Origin: Vicugna vicugna
Taxonomy: Eukaryota
NCBI GenBank assembly: GCA_013265495.1
Contig: MU058384.1
Span: 5,824,792-5,888,791, forward strand
Reading direction: 5' to 3'
Length of the DNA stretch: 64,000 nucleotides
Positions 49,761-63,585 of the stretch are shown piece by piece. The notes under the pieces were generated by a model, which was given only the letters and a program-made list of their open reading frames with translations, was not told where the DNA came from and ran no database searches. The translations under genes were made by a program, and so were the position numbers. Every line of letters begins with the position of its first letter. The stretch's first letter is position 1.

Positions 49761-51719
49761 CTGGAAAAACAAAAAACAAAAAAAAACCAATAACCTGATT
49801 ACATAATAAATGTTACTTTTCACACACAGCTCTGCTCTATGTGGTCATTTTAATGCTTAAATACTACTGCAAGCTTACCAAAGACTGAAATAACTGTCCT
49901 CCAAATCACTCATTCTGAAATCAAGAACTACACTGAACACAAAGAACATGTTAATCCAAGAGGACATGTCATTAAGTAAAAATTCAAGGTCTGTATAAAC
50001 CTGTCGCCCTCTAAGACTTGAAATCAATGTACCACCGTAGGAACACGTCCTCTCATTCTGCTCCATTCACACAACTAGAATTTGCACTTTGCCCGGATCC
50101 TCAAACGCGCGGAACTTGTCCACACCTCAGGGGCTTCGCGAGGCTGTTACTTCCATCTGGAATGCTCTCCCTTCAGTATTCTCATTTCATTCAGGTCTCT
50201 CACACCTGATGTCATCTCCACAGAGAAGCCTTTCCTGATCATTCAACCGAAACACCCATCCCTTCCTTGCTCTCTGACTTCTAACCCTGCTTTATTCTGT
50301 TCCTGGTTCCCATGACTATGTTATCCTGTGTCTTACTGCCGAGATGCCTATCATGTACTCAAGGTCGACATGCAAATCATGAACGCAGGAGGAATGTTGG
50401 AGCTGGAGATGTAATTTTAGATTCCTTAGAAATGAAAGGCACTTAAAGCTATGGGTTTGAATGAAATTACCTACAGTGTGAGTATAAATAGGTCAAGGGC
50501 TAAGATCAAAGATAACATGTGAATTTAAATTTTCACTGCAACTTTTCAGTTATGTAAATATTTATGGTATGTCCATTATGCATGAGAGAGAGAAATGTTT
50601 ACTGGTTAACAAATAAATGACATTTCTCCTTAAAACTCTTGTGACACTTTGAATTCCTCCCTTTCTCTGACATATGCCATATTATCAAACTAGGAATTAA
50701 ATCTGGGGAGACAAAGCTTACCACAAACCCAAAGTAAAATCTGAGCTAAAACACATGATAAAACTTCATACACAAGTGGCTGAGTTTATTCCATGTTTAA
50801 CTGTCCTTCACTACCAGCTTTTTCAGTTAACTCAGATTTTTCAGTTAACCTGCCTAGGAAAAATGACTTCTCTGCCCCAGGGATGCTAAAGTTCGAAAGC
50901 AGCAATAAGCCTTTTTCTCTTTTTAGATGTATTTATTCCTTTCTTAAAGTGAAGATGGGATTATGGATTGAAAATCTCTGTGACCCACTGAAATTTTTAA
51001 TTGAATTTAATTCATCTTTACTTAGTTTATAGTAATAATAACTAATGAAAATTGACGAAGGTATACTGCCATCTGATTTTTAGAGCTTAAATATTTAGAG
51101 CCTTTCATACACATTCTTAATGTTTATAATAAATGTGTAAGATACTGTCATCAATCTTCATTCCATAAAAGCCAAATGAACACCCATTGTATTTTATGTT
51201 AATCTCAAAACACTAAGGTTAAAAGCAAGTTATCAGCTTTTATTTTAAATATTATAGGCTCAATAAAAACTAAAATTTAAAATGTCCAAGTGAGGATATG
51301 AACCATACTGCTTTCTGTAATTTGTTACTGAAGAGTATCAAGTACCTCGGCTAATTCAAAAGGGGTATGACAACATACTACAAAAATTACAATATACATA
51401 TTAGGGTATTTGTCTATAGTTCTATTTGGATAAGCATACATGGAAGTATCAATGTCCTTTCTTCAAGAAAAGAAACTGAGAGAACAGTAAGTCTAGCAGC
51501 TGGTGAGTTCTTTGCCAAGACCTGGAGTCTAGGATCTCCAACAGCTGCCACTGCATGAGAGGGGAGGCCACTTCTACAGGGCTCCCTGCAAGATCACGTA
51601 CGACCAGCATATGGTAAGGTGCTCATAAACCATCTGTAGAATGAATAACTTCTAGTGTATCATTCATGGCTCTATAAAATTAGGCTATGTAGCACACATG
51701 ACAAAATTCAGATACTTAC

Positions 51720-51854
51720 TCCAACATCACGCTTATAAATTACATTTGCTCCCTCCAAAGCAATCTTCCTTAAGTTCAAATGGCATCTTGTTCTAAAAAC
51801 ACAGACTACATTTGTAATTAGAATGTCCAATGCAACATCACTGTCTGCATCCAT
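51720..51854 (-). CDS. TBPL1: TBPL1 first coding exon (135 bp CDS; exon starts at 51898 with 44 nt of 5'UTR)
   Basis: ATG at 51854-51852, MDADSDVALDILITNVVCVFRTRCHLNLRKIALEGANVIYKRDVG, GTAAGT donor; the six exons sum to 561 nt = 186 aa + stop. Confidence 0.97.
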
Positions 51855-53279
51855 TGGGGTAGTTTAAAAACTTAGCTTCCCACCACGAAGTTCACATCCT
51901 GAGAAATAAAACAAAATAAAATGATTAAACCCAAATGTTCCATTAAATGTTATTTTTCAAAAATAATCTTAGAAACTAAAATGCAGGAAGTGAATCTCTA
52001 TTATTTATTTTTCCAGTGTTACTCGAATCTTGTCCCTTCTTTTCCCCACGAAAAATGTCACTTTTAAAAAGATAACAAGTCATAAAATCCTTCTGGGACT
52101 AACTTTCATTCCTTAAAATTAATAAGTAACTTTTCCACACCAGGAGCTTGCCAGACTTCCCTCCCGCGACTTGCCTCTACAACCACCATGCTCCAAGTGC
52201 ACCAAATTACGACGATTCTCCAAAGACACCACGTTCACGGGCTGAACCTTGTGGTCCCAATGTCCAGCCACTGATGGTATTATAACCCACCTCATACAAC
52301 CAAGGGCTATAAAAAGGATAACCCATTTTCCCTCTATTTCAAGTAGAGCCGTTAACTTACTTCAGTTTAAAGAGGCAGCAATATTAATTGTAACACCTAT
52401 TGACAGACTTCTCTCATTCACTAGTCATTCATCCATTCTTCACTTACTGAACATCTCTATACACTGACGATACTGGAGGAAAAAGGAATAAGGCAAAAGC
52501 TTTGTGCTGAAGGAATTCACAAACCTCGGTGTGTGCTGACAGCGCTAACAAATCGTTACTTAGCACAATATCATTTTTATCAAAGATCCCAATCTTCCAA
52601 AATATGTATCTTTTCAAAACTATGACAGGAGTATTTCTACACACAAACAAACAAAAATGACCCCTCGTTTTTACTAAGCATGTGATTCACATCCCGCTAA
52701 AACAGTTGCTCTTTGACTGGGTTTCCACATCTTAAAAAATAACTAATGGTAATTCAACTCACCTACCCCACAAAGAGAAAATCAGCAAATACTAGTAATA
52801 ATATTATAATTATCTTTATAATTCCCCGAAGCCACAATATGAAGAACTAGTATTCTTGATAAGGATTCAAATTCTTGTATGAATGTGAATATATGAATAT
52901 AAACATATGAAAATATGAATTACTTGAAAAAATGAAGATGTCAAAAATTTCAATCTTGTTTTTCTGTCTTTTGGTTTCTGATAGGACCCAATGTGAAGTC
53001 AGATCAAGGCTTTTAGCACCTCTATAGGATCATGTAGCATTCAATTCTGTGCATCAATTATACCTCAACTTCATTATATTTTCTCACTCTATTGTTTTCA
53101 ATCTGCTTATCTTTTTGTTTTTCTGTTCTTTGTGTATGTTTGAGCAAGCTCAAATGATTTTTATGTCCAAGAGGAGGGACGGGGCGGCAGCGGGGTCTGA
53201 GGGACAGATACACAGGTGGGCAGATTAATAAGGAGAGCACAGAAGCAATTAGCAATGCTGATCTTATGCAGCAGCCTGT

Positions 53280-53450
53280 ATGCCTGACTCGCCACCTACT
53301 AGCTGTGAGGACTTAGGCAAGTTATACAATCTCTCTGTGTCTGGGTTTTATCAGCTGTGACATGGAATGGATGGTGCCTACCTGGTAATGCTGTGGGAAT
53401 TGCATAAAATGAAGAGTTTAGCACATACAGCTAGAAATAGTAGCATAAAA
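53280..53450. mobile_element. MIR SINE
   Basis: CTAGCTGTG..CTTAGGCAAGTTA..CTCTCTGTGTCT MIR core. Confidence 0.65.
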
Positions 53451-55724
53451 ATGACAGTGATTAGGATAAGTTCAAATTAACAGGCAGAATGGAGGTTTCT
53501 CAGCATCACTTCCCATGGTTACAACATAACCCAAATACTGAGCCATCTGAACACCACCAGGTTTTCTGCTATTTTCCTATTAAAATTGGGAAACAACTGT
53601 GAGGTAGAGGCTCCCAAGTTGATCCCCCCAACATCCATCCCACCATTCCTTCACAATGAACACAACCGAGATATCTAGCTAGGTGCACTGTGGCAGAAAT
53701 AAAACACTATATATTTTAGCCTCCCTGGCAACAGATGCAGCCAAGACCCTTTTGCCTTTCTGCCCTTCTTCATTCTTGCTGCCTCGAGTCTAGATATGAC
53801 AGCTGGAGCTCAAGTAGCCATTTGGGTTCATGAGGTTATGAGTAAGTATGGAAGAACAGTTAAGACAAAAGCAGCCTGATTCCCTGATACTGTAAAACTT
53901 CTTCTTACCTCTGCACTTTCTAATTCTAGACTTCATGAAATGAGAGAAAAATCAACTTCTTATCTTAGAGCCCCCATGATGGACTTTAAGTTATATGCAG
54001 CCAATGATATGCATCCCATGATAGGGGCTACAAAAAGCTCTATTTAAGGAGCTATTACACATGAAGAAACTATGTCAAATTTACCCTTTCACAGAGACTT
54101 TCTACATCAAACAGGCTCAAACAAATTGACTCAGATCCACTACTCTTGAGTACTAAACTACTGAACTGTCTGAGGGAGAATACATAAAGTAAAAACAAGT
54201 CAAAAAAGAAGGGGTAAAATAAATCTTTGAGAATGTAAATAAACTTTGAAATTAAGTCAAAACTGATGATTGTTTCTATACATCAGGAGCAACTTAAATT
54301 CTAAAAATGAAGTCATGGGCACAGATCATCATAAGTTAGGAATACTCACATTTTAGAAGAGTAACCTGCAAACAGTCTCAGAAGGTATCACTGCTTTAAT
54401 AGGTCTTAAACCAAGGATATAATGTAATGACGTGAGTACTTAAGAGAAAAAAGAGGCAAGGCATCCTACATGAAAGACCCCACATTTTGAAGCAGTACTA
54501 AAAAAAAAGAAAAAAAGACCCATTTGCAAACAGTTTATCTATCTCGTAAAAAGACAGTATTGAATGTTTGCAAAGATTCACTTCTTAAAGCTAAACATTT
54601 CATGTACCTTTTAAATAGGATAATTCGAATGGCAATCCAATGAAAGAGACAAATCTCAATTTCTACAGTACGTCTGACAGCCTATCACACCCCTTTTAAT
54701 TCTGAGTGAAGCTATATCATTTATCAATGGGTAAAAAAAGTCTGAGTAAACTTTATTTTCAGCATTAAAGAGGAACTGATTTCCCCTAAAAGTAGTACAA
54801 AAGGCTTAGATTATTTTCCAAAATATACACATAACTTTTTAAACAAAGTTAAAACACATACACGCACACACACAAACTGCTATAGGGAAGATGGGGAAAA
54901 CTAATTCCCATCAGGGAAGAAATATTCCAAATTGCTTGTAACTATTACGGTACCTATAGTTAAATATCTGGATCACTTATTTCATCTACTAAATTCTGAG
55001 CTTCTTGAGGTCAAAGACTACAACTTACATGTCTCTACACACCCACAGCTCAACACCATATCTGCACATAGTAAATGTTCTGTTATTATTTGGTGAATGA
55101 TTGCTAGAAACTCCAACATGTCAATTCCTAGCCTGTATTAAACTTCTCATCTACCTAAAACTCCAAAGTATTTCTTTTAATACTAGAGATGGAAAAAACT
55201 AAGTTCTAGCAAGCCTGAAACTTTACCTCCAAAGACACTTACTTTCATATGAATACAAAAGAGCCGAGAGTCTTTTTTCTTCCCTACAAGCCCCTGAAAT
55301 GCTTGAAGTCCATGAACACTCATTTGGAGTATGCTTTATTTCACGCAGATTTATACACAAACATTTAAAAACTTGTCTGTATGGTTCCAAGGGAAATGGG
55401 TTTAAGCAATTCCACAAAAAGAACAGTATTTCAAAGAGGTGTTTACACTCACCAAGCTGTTAAGCCTAACACTACAGCATGAAATATTTAAAATATACAA
55501 AAGGGCAAAAATGAACATCTGTGTACCCACAACCCGCCTTAAAAAATTAAATGTACAAAACAACTAAAGTCTCCTCACGCACTTCTCCCAAATCACATCC
55601 TCATCCCTTCCCTCTGGACGAAAGCTCTACCCTGAATTGTGTTTTATCATTCTCATACATTCCTTTTAAAGTTACTCCATATATATTATATCCCTGAACC
55701 CAATTAAGTCATGATTTAAAAAAA

Positions 55725-56900
55725 ATACACTGATGGATTTGGCTTGCTAATATTTCATTTAGGGTCAATATGTCTATGTTTGTAAGTAGAATTAGCCTAT
55801 AATATTCCTTTCCTTATCTGGTTTGAGTATCAAGGTTATACCAGATTTATCAGACAAATTAGGCTGGTTTCTTTTTCTTTCTTCTTCTTCTTTTTTTAAA
55901 ATTTTATTTCTCTGGAAGACGGTTCAGACCTTATTTGAAAACTGTCTGAACTTGTTTCTTGTTTGTTTCCTCGATGGATTTAAAAAGACTAAGTCAATTT
56001 AAGAGTTTTAAGAGATGATGTCTTCTATTTCTTCTTGAGTCAGTTTTCCTAAATTATATTTTCCCAGGAAATTTTCCATTTCTTCTAAAATTTAAAAATT
56101 AATGGCATAAGTTTTCACGGTTTTCTTACAAATTTTAAAACCGCTACTTTAGTATACTTACCTCTTCTTCATTATAGTATCACTTATCCCTGCTTTTTTT
56201 CCTATCATCAATCTTCCTGAAAGGTTTTTCTATGTTTCTTCAAAGGACAAATTATCGGCAGTTAGTTGATCCTCTTTATTAAATTTTTTGCTTTATGTTC
56301 ATCATTTCCTTCCTTCTACAGAGCTACTCTCCCTAATTTCTTGTACTGGAAATTAAGTTGAATGCTTAATACTTCAGTTTTGAACTTTTTCTCTTTTCTC
56401 AAATGAACATTTAAGGTGATTATAACCAAGTGCTGTAGATATGTCTGAAGTTGGATACACAATGTTTTCATTATCCCTTGACTCTAACAGTATGCAAGTT
56501 TCCATTATTATTTTTCTTGGGCTAATTAGTTATTTATTTAGAAGTTCCTGGCCTTTAGAAATAAGTAGTTTTTAAGTTCACTAGTAATGAGGAAGTGCTA
56601 ATGTAAAAGAATGAGATACCACTACTTACACTGGTAAATATCAAACATTGCTGGTGAAGGTGTTAAGTAAACCAGCATTCTTTCATAATTTGGTACAAAA
56701 CCTTTTCTACAGGAGATGATCTGGCAGTGTGTATTCAAATAATTCAAAATATGCACGTATGTTGAATCGCAGGCAATCATTAAGAATACAGCTGGAGGAA
56801 CAATTCAATGGAGCAAAAGTATAAATAAGATTATATATTGCAATTCTGTTAACAATAGAAACCTACATGTCCATCTAGAAGAGACTGATTAAATAAAGTA
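55725..56900. mobile_element. Ancient L1M-type fragments
   Basis: T-rich antisense L1 phrases (TTGCTAATATTT..; TCTGGTTT..TATCAAGGTTATAC) then a sense fragment (AATGAGATACCACTAC..CATTGCTGGTG). Confidence 0.55.
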
Positions 56901-57195
56901 CAGCACAGTCTCATATAACAGACTGTTGAACAGACTTTATAAATTACAACTACATAGATGTAGATGGAGGCCCACAATGTAAAAACAACAACAACAACAA
57001 AAAAAACTCTGATAAAATTCATTTTGGTTTATATATCTATGTATGTGCTTATATACTTATACCTCCAAAATTTTAACAATTACTCTGTTCAGAGAGTTGG
57101 TACCAGAGTGACCTTTTTGCGGGGCTGCGGTGGTGGGGGAAGTTAAAGGCTTTATTTTGTTCTTATTCATTCTTCATATTCATTATTTTTGGGGT

Positions 57196-57697
57196 TTTTT
57201 TTTAGCTTTTTTTTCTTTATTTGAGGTACAGTTGATTTACAATAATAGTATGTAAGTTTCAGATGTACAACACAGTGATTCAAAATTTTTAAAGGTTACA
57301 TTTATACATACTGTATAATTTATACATTATACAGTTATAAAATATTGGCTATATTCCCTGTGCTCTATAATATATCCTTGTAGCTTATTTATTTTATACA
57401 CAGTAGTTTGTACCTCTTAATTCCCTACCCTCATTGTGCCCTTCCCCCTTTCCTTTCCCCATTGTAACCACTAGTTTGTTCTCTGTATCTGTGAGTCTTT
57501 CTTTTTTGTTATATTCACTATTGTTTCATTTTTTGGATTCTACATATAAGTGATATCATACAGTATTTGTCTCTGTCTTACTCATTTCACTAGGCATAAT
57601 ACCTTCCAAGTCCATCCATGTCATTGCAAATGGGAACATTTCATTCTTTTTTATGGCTAGGTAGTATTCCATTGTGTATGTACACACACACACACAT
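57196..57697 (-). mobile_element. L1 3' fragment
   Basis: Poly-T, then CATATAAGTGATATCATACAGTATTTGTC..GTCCATCCATGT..GTAGTATTCCATTGTGT. Confidence 0.92.
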
Positions 57698-59030
57698 CAG
57701 AATCACTTTTTAAAACAATTTTTTCTTCTATTGTTTTGTAGAGTCTAAATTTTTAAAACAAATACTATAGTAGATTCACTCTAAGAAAAATTAATTTCAG
57801 TTTAATTAAATATAACTATCTACAATTTTCCCATTGCCCAAGGCCTAATATTAAGACATGGTTTAATAAGGTGATTTCTCCTGTTTCTCAAGTAAATGCC
57901 TAATATGAGTTTGTCAAATATTTCCTCCTAATAAAAAGCAAAATTGAAAGTTGATGCTGTCTTAACTTCAGGAAATAACACATTTCTAGCATTGTATTAA
58001 AATACACTATAGAAGCTGAAGCAGCTATTTCCTCTCTCAATGATTTTTATAAACAAGTGGTATTTTAGGTCCTCTGTCCTCTTTCTAGTGGTATTCATAC
58101 TGCAACTTTAAAGCATCACTTGGAAAATATCGCCACCTCCTGGCTTTTAAGACAAACTACATCCGAGACTACAACTTTTTAAAAATCTTCCACACCAGAA
58201 AAGATTTCAACTAAAAGGGAACAATAAACACTGTTATAAAAACAAAGCAAAAATAACTCTAAAATCTAATTAAAAGCCAAAACAACAGAACTAAATAAAT
58301 CTGAGAATACAGAAAAGTAGACATGCTACTTTTAAGTGTATGCAAGTTGCATCTGAGGATGCACTCACTGTGGGTGAGTCCTCAAAGATTTAACCACAGA
58401 ATTACTGTCCATGATTTGAGAAATGGTGGGGGTGGGGGGAGACTGGATATAGACCAATTTGCAAACACAGTGTGAACCCAGGTGGTCTCCTAGAGATCAT
58501 TCATGCTACAAATAAGACATGCCATCCAAACTAACCTCATATTCTTTATAAAGCTCCCAAAATAGCAGTGTAGGAAATAGACATTCTGTGCTCCTGATTC
58601 CAACAGACTGCGTCACAGACTCTTAACACATGCCTGTGACCAAGATGGGAAAAGCTAACATTCTGTCTTGTAGAAAGAGGGTGTTCTTGCACATCTGCAT
58701 AAACCTTACAAAAGGGGGCGCTGACCTAGTGTTTATATTTAGGTATGAGACACTGGGAAGTTACCTCCCTTCTCTAAGTCTTAATTTTCTCTTCTGAAAA
58801 TTGGTGATAATATCACTCCATCTCCCAGGGTGCTTTTAAGTTTTAAACATGATTACGTCAAGTACATAGCACACAACATGTGTTCATTAAATGGTGGCTA
58901 TTAGGTCTAATACAGGTTCACAGGCAGTAGAATATTGTGACCAGACAGTATTTTTCGAATTGACACAAACAAACCTTTTGAGAATAGTCACATTAACAGA
59001 TAGAAAAAACAGAGATCCTAACAGGTTAAG

Positions 59031-59250
59031 CAGAGGTTGGCAAACTACAATCAATGGGCCAGGGCCTGTTTGTTTTGTAAAAAAAAAAACAAAAAATTTA
59101 CTGAAACATAGCCATGCTCATGTGTTTTCATGTGTTTATGTAATGACTATGTGGCAGAGCTGAGTACTGAGTAGTGTCACAAAGCCTAAAGGACCTGTAA
59201 GGCTAAAATGAGTTACTGTCTGGTCCTCTAAGAAAAAGTTCCCAGAGTCC
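59031..59250. mobile_element. MER58-like hAT-Charlie DNA transposon remnant
   Basis: CAGAGGTTGGCAAACT start, ACATAGCCATGCTCAT, GAAAAAGTT.. end. Confidence 0.65.
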
Positions 59251-60553
59251 TAGGCTAGCCCAGTGGGGCAATATCAATAAAATAAAATGTAATGCTAATA
59301 CATGTAAAGCTCACATTTTTATTAAAGTGAATAAAGCATCTGTATATCATGGTCCTTGACTGGCTCTTGGTTTGAACAGAACAGCTATAAGAGGAAATTT
59401 GAGTGTGGTAAGATGATACTAGGAAATTACTGTTAATTCTGCTTGGTGAAATAATAGAGTGGCTATGTAGATGATTATGCTTATTTTTTAGACATATATA
59501 TTGAAATATTCAGGGGGTGGGCAATGTCATGTCTGTAATTCACTTTAGGATACAGGAATTTTTCACCATCTGAACTCTGTAATGGATAGATTTGGATAGT
59601 TTCAGATAATTCCCTCAATATCTGGAATCCTGCCATAGGAACCAAACAAATATGGACAATCTATTCTGAGCACAGAATAGATCTGGAGAGTGGGTCTTAA
59701 CAATCATTAAATCTAGGCAAAAGGATATGTGGGTGTTCATTACACAGTTCTCCCTACATTTCTGTTTAAAAATTTCCATAATAACTTTAAAGAGTTGTTT
59801 AAAATGAAAAACATTTTCTTCACAATAGGTCACACTAAGACAACATGGGTTTTAATTACATTACTTAAAAAAAAAAGATTAAATACACGTATTCAGAGCA
59901 AAGGAAGTACTAGCTTCTCTGCTATTAAAACATCTAGAATACCCTGACCTTATCATTTAAAGAGGGCACCGATATCCAGATACCCAGAGGAAAGTAGGAT
60001 GGCAAAAGATATAAAAATAGTTGTGTGAGGAAAGTCTCAGGACATTTAGCGCAAGAAAGACAGTAGTTCTCAAATGTCTGAATAAAAAGGAAACTGAAAG
60101 ATCCAATGAAAGTCACAGGGAAGCAGACCTCACAAAGCCACACCAAAAACCAAAAACCTGCAAAGCAGCAGGCTCCACAGAAGGCAAGTGTCAAAAAAAA
60201 GGGAGGTAGGACAGGATAATTAACCAAGTGAGGAATGCTCCAGGCTGAGACTTTTATTAGGTGGAAGATGCGACTAGATGGTGTCTTAGATCCCATCTAA
60301 TTTTCAGATTCCAGGATTCCAACATTTCAGATGAAGACATACTACAAATTTAGAAATTGTATACTGAATTGCAATTTTAATACTAGAACTAGAATTGTGT
60401 TCCTTTAGTTAAATGAATAGCCCAATTCTGAACTTCCCACTCTCCCTTCAACAAGCATTTGTGTTCAAGTGGGCAGCAAAGGAAGAAAGTTAGATGTACT
60501 ACGAGGCAACAGCACAGGCAGGTGACCAAAACTGCAACGTCTTTGTCTGGCAT

Positions 60554-60599
60554 GGTGACATCACATCATGAAGACATTTCTTCATGATGTGATGTCACC
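60554..60599. repeat. Perfect 21-bp inverted repeat with 4-nt loop
   Basis: GGTGACATCACATCATGAAGA - CATT - TCTTCATGATGTGATGTCACC. Confidence 0.97.
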
Positions 60600-62329
60600 C
60601 AGCAGCTATACACTGGGAGCCAGTCCTTGGTGTTGGCATTTTTGTGTTTCTAGCCATATAAAGAAAAAGTAACTAACAGTATGCCTGGCCAAAAACCCCC
60701 TTGTATACTTTGAAGGAAAGGGTTATATATTATACCACTTGTATTAAATAAAACAGTTAAGAAATGCTTAAGCAAAAGCTAAAGTAGTTGATGTACAAAA
60801 CCATCATTACATTAAGTTAAACAGAATGTTAAACTATCTTCATTTCATATGTCTCCACCTTCTATCCCTGACTCAATCTAAATACCAATTCTGAAGACTG
60901 GTAAGCAGGTGGTAGTCATGTAAACAACTGGCATCAAAATGGTTATTACAACTTTAAAAAATCAATATTAAGAGAATTACAAAGACATTGTTTTTTTTTT
61001 TAATAACAACTGTGAGGGTTGCCAGCAACTATCTATTTGAGAAATAGTAAAGAAGAATGTATTTTATGTTTCAGTCAATAAAAATATTTGTAATGGTGCC
61101 TAAAAGGTGGTGCAGGAAGATCTGAATGATGCTGATTTTCTGAATGAGGGTTTAAGGAAAGATATGTCAGTGGTTTACACTGTCATAATAAAGTTCCAGT
61201 AGAAAAAGTGAAGTATTTTGCAACTTAAGAATACATAATCTAATGCTTATTCCATAGTAATAATGTGTAAACAGTACTCAGCTTAAGAATTTCACTATTT
61301 TAACATGTACTAAACTGTATCTATAAAGTAAGAAAACTTGGATGTAAGATGTGGACCTTAATGGAAGCTATGTGGTGGGGACCAGCTCTGAACTGTTCCT
61401 ATCCTTATTTGCAAAATACAAACAACACTATTTACTCACCATATGACTGATTTGACGGATTAATGAGTAACTCATTATAATATGCTCCATTAAAGTAATA
61501 TATTAGCCAATGCTATCATTAAGATTAATTTTAACTAATGTACTATTATAGGAGAAAAAAGTATATTTTACTGAATACAACTTGAAGTCTAGGAATTTAA
61601 ATTCATAGATGGGAAATCTGGCATAAAGATTCCTTATTATGTAAAAGAAAATTTATTTTACATAGATTTCTTAGTATTTCAAATAAACAGTCAACATGTG
61701 AGTTTTAAAGATGGCATGTCATTTTTCTGATTATGTAAGAAATATTTAGGAAAAAACTCACCCATAACCCCACCACAGTGATAATTACTGTTGTTGTTCT
61801 ATGCTCACATAGGCACAAGTTTGGAGGTTGGCTAAATCCATATATTTATCTGTGCATATTAGACAAGATTGGGATCACATGTATACACTGTTGTATCTGA
61901 ACAAAGGATTTTGTAAAAATCTTCAACAACCTGAGATATGAAAAATAGGAATACTGAATTGATTTCCCTTGAATACTAAGGAAAGTGAACTTTTTGAATA
62001 TTACTAAATACTTGTATTTATCCTATGTGAACTGCCTCACCTCCTTTGCCCACTTTCCCTCTGAGATGTCTCACTGACTTCTAAGCACTCATATATGTGG
62101 AGGAGAAGCAGCCTGCTGCCTGACTGTGCTATTCCTTCTGCTAGAAATGATCAGCCCCCACTTCTACACCTGGTTCACTCCCACTTGTTCTCCAGCTTGG
62201 CACCACCCTCCTTCAACCAGTTCTCAAACGATGAAATGGAAACCGAAGCATCAGGCCCCATCCAGGGGGTGCGGATTCAGCAGGGACCAAGACCCGCAGA
62301 GGGAAAACAGGAGCCCTCAGCCCCAAGGG

Positions 62330-63050
62330 GAGTTAAGAGTGAAGATTCAGATGTGAGGTGAAGTGGGCGGCCTGGCCAGAGCGGCACCAGATCCGGCTGG
62401 AGACGAAGGGAGGTTCAACCATGCCTTCCAGGACATGTGGAGGATTTTCATGTGCTCCCCAAGAGCAGCGGTGGGCCAAAGAGAAGCCAGATGTGACATA
62501 ATGTATGTGCCTTTAGTGAAAATTGATCACTGCCACTTCTGGAACAGGAGCGTGGACTGCAAGGTAAGAGGGGCAGAAAACTCAGTCGGGGTCCTGTGCA
62601 GCAGTCCTGGGGAGAGGTGACGGCAGCGGGGCCGGGTGGATGAGGATGGAAAGAAGCAGACAGAAGAGAGGATTTTTAGGAGACACACCGAACAGAGCTT
62701 TGGGACTGATAAGGGGACAGGGAAAGGGAGATGGAGGATGACTCAAGCCCATGGCCTAAGGTACTATTTACTGAGACAGGGACACTGGAGGGAGAGCAGG
62801 CCTGTCAGAGTGTGGCGTGGGGGTGGGGAGAGGGCTTCAGTTTTGGGCACGCTGAACTGAAAGAACCTGCGAGACATCCAAGAGGAGACACAGGGCAGGC
62901 CATCAGATAGAGTCCACTCCTCAGGACAGGCCTCAGTCTAGATCAGAGGTGAAAATGTGGGAACTCTCGTACAGAAGGTAATTAAAACCACGATGGGTAA
63001 AATAAGAAATCACAGGAACTAAGACATCTGCTCTCCAAGGCTGAGCCAGA
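62330..63050 (-). mobile_element. L2 LINE remnant
   Basis: ATTTACTGAGA..GGG; TTCAGTTTTGGGCAC..GAGACATCCAAG L2 phrases. Confidence 0.65.
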
Positions 63051-63339
63051 GCCTCCATTGCCCCGATGAACACTCCCGACCACGCGGTCGAGCGCACCGC
63101 CAAAGGCCTCCCCCTTCCCCGCCCCCGGCACAGCCACTTTGTATTTATGTATGTCTCCCTGGAAGACAATAAACACCTCAGACGCAGGATCGGATCTTAC
63201 TCATTTTTGTACCCAAGTCTCGGCATGGTTCCCAAGGCATGAAACACATTCAATAAAATGTCTGTGCGAGCTTAACTGTTAGCTTGAAATTATTAAAAAG
63301 CAGTATCTACACACAAGCACACACACACATACAAATTTA

Positions 63340-63585
63340 CGAGCTCAGGCTCCGGAGCAGATTGCTTGGATTACATCCAGACTCTAACCCTAACCGGTCA
63401 TGTGACCTGGGGCAAGTTATTCAACGCCTTTGGGCCTCAATGTGCACGGCTGTAAAGCAAGGTAAGGCCCATAACAGCATCTACCATGGTGTTGGGCAAA
63501 CTAAAATTTCATGCAAAGCCCTTAGCACCGTGCTTGGACACGGTCAACATTCAGATTTGGCCATTCTCATTGCTACTATTATTAT
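63340..63585. mobile_element. MIR SINE
   Basis: TGTGACCTGGGGCAAGTTATTCAAC..GGCCTCA..CTGTAAA core. Confidence 0.7.
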
